A stretch of 64,000 nucleotides of DNA from the NCBI GenBank assembly GCA_947499005.1, contig CANMML010000018.1, positions 6,325 through 70,324 of the forward strand, given 5' to 3'. Of this stretch, positions 28,122-36,483 are shown in pieces. A program made the position numbers and the translations under genes. The stretch's first letter is position 1. Every line of letters starts with the position of its first letter. The DNA is from an uncultured Aquimarina sp. (GTDB taxonomy: Bacteria; Bacteroidota; Bacteroidia; Flavobacteriales; Flavobacteriaceae). Under the pieces are notes generated by a model that was not told where the DNA came from, did no database searches, and saw nothing but the letters and a program-made list of their open reading frames with translations.

Positions 28122-29686
28122 AGATTAGAAAACAAATTATATTAGTTGTTACTCTAATCATTGGTCTTGTAGGTTACAGTCAAAGTGCGTTATGGGAAGA
28201 TTTTAAAAAAGCCTCTAAAACAGGAAAAGAGTCGATTCTGCCCGATTTTTCTTATGCAGGCTATATGCACAGTGAAGTGGCAATACCAGAAGTAGATTAT
28301 AAAATTTTTAATGTTTGTGATTTTGGAGCAAAACCAAATGATAAGAAATCTGATAAAAAAGCCATCCTAAAAGCACTTAAAAAAGCTGAAGAAAATGAAA
28401 GTGGTATAATTTATTTCCCTAGGGGTAAATATATTGTTAATGGACGTAGAGATAAATTAGAGCCCTTTTATATAACAAGTTCAAATATTGTATTTAGAGG
28501 AGAAAAGGATAATAGTTCTGTGTTATTCTTTCAAAAAGATTTACCAGCAGCGAATCCAAGACAATTTTGGACTTGTCCATATGCTATTAAAACAAAAGCA
28601 AAAGGGAGAAATAGATTGTTGACAGAAGTAGCATCTAAGGCCAGACGCGAAACTAAAAAAGTAGCAGTTAAAGATGCTAGCGAAATTAGTGTTGGTGATT
28701 GGATTGAACTTTCTGTATTAAACAATGATCCAGAATTGGTGAATGCAGATGTCTCTCCTTTAAAATTAGAGCCAAAGTGGACTAGTTTGATAGAGAAAGG
28801 AGTAAATATTTCTTTGAAACATCAAGTAGAAAAGATTGATGGTAATATTTTGACATTAAAAGAACCTATTCATTATGACATAAACCCTAAGCATAATTGG
28901 AAGGTCTATTCATTCAAACATTTAGATCATATAGGTTTCGAAAATTTAGTTTTTGAAGGTAATTGGACTAGAGAGTTTAAACATCATGAGTCAGCTCAAG
29001 GTGATGGAGGATGGAGTATACTTCAGTTATCTAGTCTTGTAAACTCTTGGGTTAAAAATTGTGTTTTTAAGAATGTGAATAGAGCACTTAGTATCAAATC
29101 ATCAGCCGCATCTACCGTTTTAAATGTTAGTGTCGAAGGAAATAAGGGACATAATTGTGTTCAAGCAGGTCACAAATCAACAGGAATATTATTAGCAAAA
29201 ATAAATGATAAAGCCGGTACACATCACAGTACAGGTGTTGAAGGAAATGCTATAGGAACTGTTGTTTGGAGATCAACCCATGCAGATAATACATCATTCG
29301 AGGCTCATGCTTCACAACCACGTTGTACATTATTTGATTGTGTAACAGGAGGATTTCAAAGTGGAAGACTAGGAGGGTCAAAGAAAAATTTGCCTAACCA
29401 TGGTAGGTATTTGGTGCTTTGGAATTATAAAGAAACAGGTAAACCTGAAGTAAATTTTGACTTTGTGTCAAAAAGAAGTGAATGGATGCGTGTAGTACCA
29501 CCAATCATCGTAGGATTTCATGGTGTGGGTTCTACATTTAATGAGAAAGAGGTGCAGTTTTTAGAAAGTTTAGGTAAACCAGTTGAGCCTCAATCACTTT
29601 TTGAAGAGCAATTGAAATTAAGATTAGGGAAATTACCTGATTGGATCATTCAAGAGAAAAATGCAGTTGAAGAGTTAGCAAATTAA
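28118..29686 (+). CDS. DUF4955 beta-helix protein, PL29-like glycosaminoglycan lyase candidate
   Basis: LPDFSYAGY, FNVCDFGAKPND, FHHHESAQGDGGW-type segment (FKHHESAQGDGGW), EAHASQPRCTLFD, NLPNHGRYLVLWN; ATGA overlap with GH88. Confidence 0.7.
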   Translation: MKIRKQIILVVTLIIGLVGYSQSALWEDFKKASKTGKESILPDFSYAGYMHSEVAIPEVDYKIFNVCDFGAKPNDKKSDKKAILKALKKAEENESGIIYFPRGKYIVNGRRDKLEPFYITSSNIVFRGEKDNSSVLFFQKDLPAANPRQFWTCPYAIKTKAKGRNRLLTEVASKARRETKKVAVKDASEISVGDWIELSVLNNDPELVNADVSPLKLEPKWTSLIEKGVNISLKHQVEKIDGNILTLKEPIHYDINPKHNWKVYSFKHLDHIGFENLVFEGNWTREFKHHESAQGDGGWSILQLSSLVNSWVKNCVFKNVNRALSIKSSAASTVLNVSVEGNKGHNCVQAGHKSTGILLAKINDKAGTHHSTGVEGNAIGTVVWRSTHADNTSFEAHASQPRCTLFDCVTGGFQSGRLGGSKKNLPNHGRYLVLWNYKETGKPEVNFDFVSKRSEWMRVVPPIIVGFHGVGSTFNEKEVQFLESLGKPVEPQSLFEEQLKLRLGKLPDWIIQEKNAVEELAN

Positions 29687-29688
29687 CT

Positions 29689-30669
29689 ATGGCGATCAAA
29701 CATAACATACTATTTTTTCTAGGAGCACTGTTACTTTTAACAAGCTGTACTACTTATAATAAAGTAAAGAAGTTGAAGGTTGCTCATGGTTTAGATACCA
29801 ATCATTCTGTGCATTTAGCGATAGAGGAAATGGGTAAGAAGTTAGAATCTATTTCTAATGGTAAGATGTCCATAGAAATTTATCCTAATCAACAATTAGG
29901 ATCCGAAAGGCAATGTTTAGAACTATTACAGCTAGATGCGTTAGATATGACCAAGGTTTCTGTAGGGGTGCTAGAGAATTTTGCCCCCAAAACAAAAATC
30001 CTTAGTCTGCCTTTTATGTTCAGAAATAGAGAGCATGCTTTTAAAGTATTAGATGGGGATATTGGAAAGGATTTATTGAAAAGTACCGAGCAATATTGGT
30101 TAAAAGGCTTAGGGTTCTATGATGCTGGAAGTAGAAGTTTTTATACTAAGACAAAAGAAATAAATAATCCTGAAGATCTAAATGGAATGAAAATTAGGGT
30201 TATGGAAAGTGTGACGGCTATGAATATGGTAAGGAATTTAGGAGGTTCACCTACACCGATATCATCTGGAGAAATTTATACAGCATTGCAGCAAGGAGTG
30301 GTCGATGGAGCAGAGAATAACCCACCCACTTTTTACGCTTCAAGGCATTACGAGATCTGTAAATTTTATACGCTAGATGAGCATACAGTAATACCAGATG
30401 TATTATTGATAAATACTTATAGATGGAATACGTTTTCGAAGCAAGAAAAAGAGTGGTTAAAAGAGGCCGTAGATCATTCGGTGAATTACCAGAGAATTTT
30501 ATGGCAAAAAGCCGAACAAGAAGCTATAGCAGCTATAAAAGAATCAGGGGTTAAAGTGATCACTCCTGATAGAAGTTTGTTTTCAGAAAAACTTACATCG
30601 TTATACGATGCTTATAAAGAAGATCAACAAGCGTTTGATTTGATTGAAAAAATTAAAAATGATTACTAA
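29689..30669 (+). CDS. dctP: TRAP transporter substrate-binding protein
   Basis: IYPNQQLGSE, DLNGMKIRVMES, YTALQQGVVDGAENN. Confidence 0.93.
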   Translation: MAIKHNILFFLGALLLLTSCTTYNKVKKLKVAHGLDTNHSVHLAIEEMGKKLESISNGKMSIEIYPNQQLGSERQCLELLQLDALDMTKVSVGVLENFAPKTKILSLPFMFRNREHAFKVLDGDIGKDLLKSTEQYWLKGLGFYDAGSRSFYTKTKEINNPEDLNGMKIRVMESVTAMNMVRNLGGSPTPISSGEIYTALQQGVVDGAENNPPTFYASRHYEICKFYTLDEHTVIPDVLLINTYRWNTFSKQEKEWLKEAVDHSVNYQRILWQKAEQEAIAAIKESGVKVITPDRSLFSEKLTSLYDAYKEDQQAFDLIEKIKNDY

Positions 30670-30671
30670 TC

Positions 30672-31160
30672 ATGGCATTTAGATTAAAATTAGACAAAGT
30701 GTTGAAGGTAGCTATTGTGATCATTATGGCAATCATGGTATTAAATGTATTGTGGCAAGTGATTAGTAGGTATTTTTTTAATGAGCCAAGTTCGTTTACA
30801 GACGAATTATCGAGGTACTTAATGATTTGGTTAGGTATTTTAGGAGCTTCTTATGTTTCGGGACAAAACAAGCACGTGGCTATAGATTTTTTTCCAAAAA
30901 AGCTTAGTGATGTATACCAAAGAAGACTAAAGAATTTTACAAAAATATTAATTGTTGTAGCTAGTATTAGTGTTTTTGTAATTGGTGGAGGGCGTTTAGT
31001 GTATGTTACATTTCACCTACAACAGCTTTCTCCAGCGCTGCAATTACCATTAGCATTAGTTTATTTGGTATTACCACTAAGTGGTTTGATCATAGTTTAT
31101 TATAAGTTACATGATTTATTGGCACCACCAAAGGGTATAATACCTCAAGACTTGCCTTGA
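30672..31160 (+). CDS. dctQ: TRAP transporter small permease
   Basis: Four TM segments, QVISRYFF..TDELSRYLMIW..HVAID. Confidence 0.92.
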   Translation: MAFRLKLDKVLKVAIVIIMAIMVLNVLWQVISRYFFNEPSSFTDELSRYLMIWLGILGASYVSGQNKHVAIDFFPKKLSDVYQRRLKNFTKILIVVASISVFVIGGGRLVYVTFHLQQLSPALQLPLALVYLVLPLSGLIIVYYKLHDLLAPPKGIIPQDLP

Positions 31161-31210
31161 AATTAAAATTTTATTTCATATAAACAGAGTAGTTTACTAA
31201 AAAAATAATT

Positions 31211-32506
31211 ATGGATGTATTACCAATCATTGTGTTAGTGGTAAGTTTTGTTGTATTACTTCTTTTGGCAGTTCCTGTTGCGTGGAGTATCGTGATATCT
31301 GCTTCATTAACACTTTTAGTAGATGCTTCTCCGCTAAGTACAGCTGCTGTAATGGCACAGCGAATAGGTGCGGGTTTAGATAGTTTTGCTCTTTTAGCGA
31401 TTCCCTTTTTTGTATTATCAGGAGAACTTATGAATAAAGGTGGCATTGCTAATCGACTGATTGCTTTTGCCAAAACATTAGTTGGTGCTTTGCCGGGAGG
31501 TTTAGCGTTAATTAATGTGTTTTCAGCAATGTTAATGGGATCTATAGCAGGATCAGCGATGGCTTCAGCCTCAGCAATGGGAAGTATACTAGGTCCTGAA
31601 ATGAAAAAGCAAGGCTATTCTAATGAATTCGGTGCAGCAGTCAATATTACATCATCAACTACAGGTTTATTGATACCTCCTAGTAATGTGCTTATTGTAT
31701 ACTCACTTGCAAGTGGAGGGGTTTCTATAGCGGCACTATTCTTAGCAGGTTATATACCAGGAATTATTACAGGTTTGTTATTAATGTTAGTTGCAGTAAT
31801 ATGGGCTAAAAGTAAAGGATACCAAAAAGCAGAACGTAGTAGTTTTCGAGAAGTTATAAAAACATTTGTAGAGGCTTTACCCAGTTTATTCATGTTATTT
31901 GTAGTGATAGGGGGTATTATTTCAGGAGTTTTTACAGCTACGGAAGCATCGGCAATAGCTGTGTTTTATAGTTTAGTTTTAGGATTTATATATAAAGAAA
32001 TAAGAATAGATTCATTGCCAGAAATTCTTTTTGATGCTTCTAAAATTACTGCTGTTGTAATGTTGTTAATTGGTGCATCAATGGGAATGTCTTGGGTACT
32101 TTCATTTGAAAACTTACCACAAGATCTTAGTCATGCACTGTTAAGTATAAGTGATGACAAAATTATATTGCTATTGCTTATCAATGTTATATTATTATTT
32201 GTAGGCATATTTATGGACATGACTCCTGCCGTATTAATTTTTACTCCTATTTTTTTACCAATAGTTAAAACGTTAGGGGTAGACCCAGTTCATTTCGGAA
32301 TTATAATGATATTGAATCTTTGTATTGGTCTATGTACGCCACCAGTAGGTTCGGTGCTTTTTGTAGGAGTTGGGGTAGCAAATACAACTATTGAGAAAGT
32401 CATTAAGCCCTTATTACCCTTGTTTTTTGCAATGGTATTAGCCTTGGTTTTGATTACTGTATTTCCACAAATTAGTTTATGGTTACCAAGCTTATTTGAT
32501 TTATAA
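31211..32506 (+). CDS. dctM: TRAP transporter large permease
   Basis: LLAIPFFVLSGELM, LLIPPS, FTATEASA, DPVHFG, IGLCTPPVG. Confidence 0.95.
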   Translation: MDVLPIIVLVVSFVVLLLLAVPVAWSIVISASLTLLVDASPLSTAAVMAQRIGAGLDSFALLAIPFFVLSGELMNKGGIANRLIAFAKTLVGALPGGLALINVFSAMLMGSIAGSAMASASAMGSILGPEMKKQGYSNEFGAAVNITSSTTGLLIPPSNVLIVYSLASGGVSIAALFLAGYIPGIITGLLLMLVAVIWAKSKGYQKAERSSFREVIKTFVEALPSLFMLFVVIGGIISGVFTATEASAIAVFYSLVLGFIYKEIRIDSLPEILFDASKITAVVMLLIGASMGMSWVLSFENLPQDLSHALLSISDDKIILLLLINVILLFVGIFMDMTPAVLIFTPIFLPIVKTLGVDPVHFGIIMILNLCIGLCTPPVGSVLFVGVGVANTTIEKVIKPLLPLFFAMVLALVLITVFPQISLWLPSLFDL

Positions 32507-32522
32507 AAACGTTTTAAAAGAA

Positions 32523-34103
32523 ATGAAATTATTAGTTGCCATATTAACATTCTTAATGACGATTACATCGTCAGTTAGTTGTGCACAGCAAATAGTTTAT
32601 TCAAATACAAAAGAGAAGGAAATAAAAAAGCCAAATGTGTTAATTATTTATCCAGATCAATTGAGAAGGTATAGTGCTAGTTTTTGGTCTGAAGAAAAAT
32701 ACAATAGTTATGCCCAAGGTAGTCCAGATCCTGTATTAACTCCTACTATGGATAAGTTAGCTAATAAAGGTGTTGTTTTTACAAATGCGATCAGTAACTA
32801 TCCGCTTTGCAGTCCAGCAAGAGGGATGCTATTAACAGGGCAGTATCCATCACAAACTGGGATTCAAAATAATTGTAAAAAAGGAAGGGAAGATAGTTTG
32901 AAAGATGATGTAGAAACATGCACAGATATCTTTTCGAAAATAGGTTATAACACGGCTTATTTTGGTAAATGTCATTGGCTTAAAAATGAACCTTTATTTA
33001 ATGAAGTAGGAGATTATATAGGTGATAAAAGAGCACCAGGAGGACATTTTGTGAATAATTACGATACTTATATTCCTCCAGGAAAGTCTAGGCATCATAT
33101 AGATTACTTCTATCAATCAGTTCGAGATAGTCATTTCAATCCATTAGTGTACTCTAATGACCCTAATGCAATTGAGGGGAAGAAAGATGGTGAGCTATAC
33201 AAACCTAATACGTTTTCGACTAAAAATGAAGCAGAAAAGATTATTGGATTTTTAAAAAATAAAAATGGTGTTAGAGATACCAACAAGCCTTTTTTTATGG
33301 TATGGTCTATAAACCCACCTCATAGTCCATGGGATGATAAGAACACAGATATGAAAGTATTGGATAGCCTTTATGGAAAAGAACAGTTTGCATCGATCAA
33401 ATCTTTATTAACAAGGGATAATGTTGATGTAGGTGTAGCTGACTATGTGCGAAATTATTATGCGAATGTAACGAGTGTTGATGGATATATAGGTAAAGTA
33501 ATAGATGCTTTGGATCTTATCAATGAATTAGATAATACACTAATTGTTTTAAGTTCCGATCATGGAGAAATGCTTGGTAGCCATGCTAAAAAAGGGAAGA
33601 ATACTTTTGAGACAGAAGCAATTGCTATTCCAATGATTATGCACTATCCCAAAAAAATAAAAGCGGGTATAATCAATCAAGTTTTGTTTAGTGTACCAGA
33701 TGTATTACCCACAACATTGGGTGTTTTAGGCTTAAAAGATTTTATTCCTAAAGCTACACAAGGTTATGATTTGTCAAACAGCATATTGTCAGGAGATAAG
33801 TCGAATGCTTCTAATGAGACTATATCAAATCCTAAAGCAGCACTTCTTATTTTACGTAATGGAAGAGGTGTTTTTACAGAAAATTATACGTTGTGTATTC
33901 TAGAAAAAAAACAAAAAAAAGAAGTAGAGATTTTTCTTTATGATAATAAAAATGATCCATATCAATTGGAAAAAGTGAAAGCTTCTGTAAAGCCTATAGA
34001 GACTTCTCGTTTGTTAAAATTTTTAGGAAAAGAATTACAAAGAACCAATGACAGTTGGTTTCGAAAAAGAAAACATACAGATTTAATAGATTATGATAGT
34101 TAA
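32523..34103 (+). CDS. Cys-type S1 sulfatase lipoprotein resembling chondroitin 4-O-sulfatases (S1_27-like)
   Basis: CSPAR (CxPxR) motif, YPDQLR, GSPDPVLTP, GVRDTNKPFF, NPPHSP, SDHGEM; ATG 32523 gives a clean lipoprotein signal (SVSC). Confidence 0.8.
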   Translation: MKLLVAILTFLMTITSSVSCAQQIVYSNTKEKEIKKPNVLIIYPDQLRRYSASFWSEEKYNSYAQGSPDPVLTPTMDKLANKGVVFTNAISNYPLCSPARGMLLTGQYPSQTGIQNNCKKGREDSLKDDVETCTDIFSKIGYNTAYFGKCHWLKNEPLFNEVGDYIGDKRAPGGHFVNNYDTYIPPGKSRHHIDYFYQSVRDSHFNPLVYSNDPNAIEGKKDGELYKPNTFSTKNEAEKIIGFLKNKNGVRDTNKPFFMVWSINPPHSPWDDKNTDMKVLDSLYGKEQFASIKSLLTRDNVDVGVADYVRNYYANVTSVDGYIGKVIDALDLINELDNTLIVLSSDHGEMLGSHAKKGKNTFETEAIAIPMIMHYPKKIKAGIINQVLFSVPDVLPTTLGVLGLKDFIPKATQGYDLSNSILSGDKSNASNETISNPKAALLILRNGRGVFTENYTLCILEKKQKKEVEIFLYDNKNDPYQLEKVKASVKPIETSRLLKFLGKELQRTNDSWFRKRKHTDLIDYDS

Positions 34104-34143
34104 ATCTTTCAGATGAATAATTAAATAAAATTGAATTACTATA

Positions 34144-35154
34144 ATGAAAAGAATTAATATTTCAATATCCCTACTTATTGTTGCTTGTTCTACAGTTTTT
34201 AGTCAAGAAAAGGAAATAACATACCCTTACACGTGGACAACAGAACAAAATCCTGTAGTTGAACATGCATATTTATGTGATCCATCAGCGAAAGTGTTTA
34301 AAGATGGTAAAATATGGGTGTATTTATCTCATGATTCAGATACAGCTGTTGATTATAGTAGTATGGCTGATTATCATATTCTTTCTACAGAGGATTTGAA
34401 AACATGGACAGATCATGGGGTAGGATTAAGTTTAGATGATATTTCATGGGCCGATTCGCACCTTTGGGCACCTGATGGTATTGAGCGTAATGGTAAATAT
34501 TATCTCTATGCTCCTGCAAACTTTCATATAGGTGTTTTTGTCAGTAATTCACCTGAAGGGCCTTATGTAGATGCTCTCGGGAAACCTTTAGTACCTATTG
34601 ATAGAGCTATAGATCCGATGGTATTTATAGATGATGATGATCAAGCATATTTATATTTTTCTAGAAATGGAGAGGATTGTTATGTGGTCAAGTTAAAAGA
34701 TAATATGGTTGAGACAGAAGGGGTAATTCATGAACTAACGAATTGGTCTATTCGAAATACTGTAGACGATGATTTCAATTTTGTAGAAGGTCCTTTTATG
34801 CATAAATACAATGGAACATATTATTTAACCTATCCAGCAAAAAGATACAAACATGGTACTCGACGAAATAAAGAAGGAGATGAGGTAATCTGTTATGCAA
34901 CTAGTGATAGCCCTATAGGACCATTTAAATATAAAGGCTTATTGGCTACAGAGAGTGGAGTTCACACAATTCATCAATCGATTATAAAATTAGACGGAGA
35001 GTATTATTTCTTTTATCATAATGGAGGCTTAGCAAAAAAGAATGGACATCAAAAACATAAGATGTATAGACGAAGTCTTTGTGTCAATAAATTGCATCAT
35101 AATGCTGATGGTACGCTTAAACTAATACAGCAAACAGGAAATATTTTTGATTAA
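34144..35154 (+). CDS. GH43 glycoside hydrolase
   Basis: Signal peptide; catalytic positions CDPSA, AIDPMVF, FVEGPF; YYLTYP; YYFFYH. Confidence 0.88.
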   Translation: MKRINISISLLIVACSTVFSQEKEITYPYTWTTEQNPVVEHAYLCDPSAKVFKDGKIWVYLSHDSDTAVDYSSMADYHILSTEDLKTWTDHGVGLSLDDISWADSHLWAPDGIERNGKYYLYAPANFHIGVFVSNSPEGPYVDALGKPLVPIDRAIDPMVFIDDDDQAYLYFSRNGEDCYVVKLKDNMVETEGVIHELTNWSIRNTVDDDFNFVEGPFMHKYNGTYYLTYPAKRYKHGTRRNKEGDEVICYATSDSPIGPFKYKGLLATESGVHTIHQSIIKLDGEYYFFYHNGGLAKKNGHQKHKMYRRSLCVNKLHHNADGTLKLIQQTGNIFD

Positions 35155-35277
35155 CAAAATATCTTTTAGATAGTGTGCTGAGTATTTATACTAAAGGTGG
35201 TAGTCGAAAAATGTATAAATGATAGTACTTGTTTTTCCATAATGATTTATCAATAAATACTAATTAAAAAAAATGCT

Positions 35278-35706
35278 ATGTTTTTTATTAAACAAATAAT
35301 TTATGTTTTGACTATTCTAAGTTTAGGAATAAGTTTTACTTCTGCTACTGTAGATACAGGAAAGAAAAAGAAAGAGTTTGTTAAATATGAGGGAGGAGAT
35401 TCTTATCAAATTAATGAAAAGGGACAAATACAGATTCCACTTTCTTATAAAGTAAAAAAAGATCGGCTGATTGCTACTTCATTAAGGGATAGTGATGGAA
35501 AGTGGATTGTAGGAGGTAGATCTATTGTAAAAAAAGGTACAGGGAAGGTATTGATCACACTAGGTTATGTTGGAAGAGAAGTTAGAACAGGAATGGATTA
35601 TCAAATTGAATTTCACATACGAGAAATAGGAGATCAGTTTACATGGCGTGATGCTATTGATCATGGACTAGTCAAGCATATTTCTGCAAGAAGAAAATTT
35701 AATTAA
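35278..35706 (+). CDS. Small basic secreted protein, tandem paralogue 1
   Basis: Hydrophobic N-terminus; aligns with 35797-36213 (GQI.IP.SY.V, GKW..GG, HIR..G..TWRDAI). Confidence 0.75.
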   Translation: MFFIKQIIYVLTILSLGISFTSATVDTGKKKKEFVKYEGGDSYQINEKGQIQIPLSYKVKKDRLIATSLRDSDGKWIVGGRSIVKKGTGKVLITLGYVGREVRTGMDYQIEFHIREIGDQFTWRDAIDHGLVKHISARRKFN

Positions 35707-35796
35707 CAATATGATTCAAGGCCGTAAAGGCAAGCTTTAGATAAAGTTGAATCACAATTATCGAGTCAATTATTTATAAAACAAAATTTTTTACTT

Positions 35797-36213
35797 ATGA
35801 ATTTTATTAAAAAACTTATTTATGCGCTACTATTCATTTCGTTATCATCTACATCTGTAATGATAGGTCAGAAAAGAGTTAAAGCACCAGAGACAGTGAA
35901 TTTTGAAGGAGAGGAAACATATAAAATAAATTACAGAGGGCAGATTAAAGTACCCTTTTCATATAGTGTAAATAAGAGTAGGGTAGTGAGTGCTTCGTTA
36001 CATAATAGTACAGGCAAATGGCTTGCTGGTGGAACAGAAATTGTAGACAAAGGAAAAGGAAAAGTAGAAGTTTATTTAGGGTACAGTAAAGCGAATATCG
36101 AGCCTGGGAAAAATTATGAGATTAGGTATCATATTAGAAAAGTTGGAGAGCGATACACATGGCGTGATGCTATTGTCCAAGGAAATAAAAAAGGCATTCG
36201 TGTTAGAAAGTAA
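35797..36213 (+). CDS. Small basic secreted protein, tandem paralogue 2
   Basis: As for paralogue 1; identical 19-bp DNA block acatggcgtgatgctattg at 35641 and 36157. Confidence 0.75.
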   Translation: MNFIKKLIYALLFISLSSTSVMIGQKRVKAPETVNFEGEETYKINYRGQIKVPFSYSVNKSRVVSASLHNSTGKWLAGGTEIVDKGKGKVEVYLGYSKANIEPGKNYEIRYHIRKVGERYTWRDAIVQGNKKGIRVRK

Positions 36214-36271
36214 TGTAACGTATTTATTAAACTATTTATAATAGTTTGAGTGGATTGTTGATTTATTTAAT

Positions 36272-36304
36272 AAGGGTTTAGTGTTATAACTAAGCCCTTT
36301 TTTT
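36272..36304 (+). terminator. Intrinsic terminator ending the SGBP-to-paralogue run
   Basis: aagggtttagt-gttata-actaagccctt followed by a T run. Confidence 0.7.
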
Positions 36305-36378
36305 TGGTCTCAGGAATAGTTGAAACGGTGTATGTACTTTAGTGCATCCCACTTTTAGTTTCTATAAATTTCATTTAT

Positions 36379-36457
36379 GGCTATAGGCATTAAGTGGTAG
36401 GCCTTATGTATATTAATGTAGCTTATAGCTTAAAGCAGCCTATAGCAATAAGCTTGA
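36379..36457. repeat. Second degenerate heptamer array, related to 14213-14275
   Basis: ggctataggcattaag is identical to 14227-14242; further units agtggta ggcctta .. agcttaa .. agcaata agcttga. Confidence 0.7.
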
Positions 36458-36483
36458 AAATAGTTGCAATTTACTAAAGGATA

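Noticed and set aside
28118-29686. Pectin or alginate as the PUL substrate
   Set aside because: No GH28, GH105, PL1/PL9, PL6/PL7/PL17 or carbohydrate esterase in the locus; GH88 plus the sulfatase favour GAG-like substrates, though this is untested
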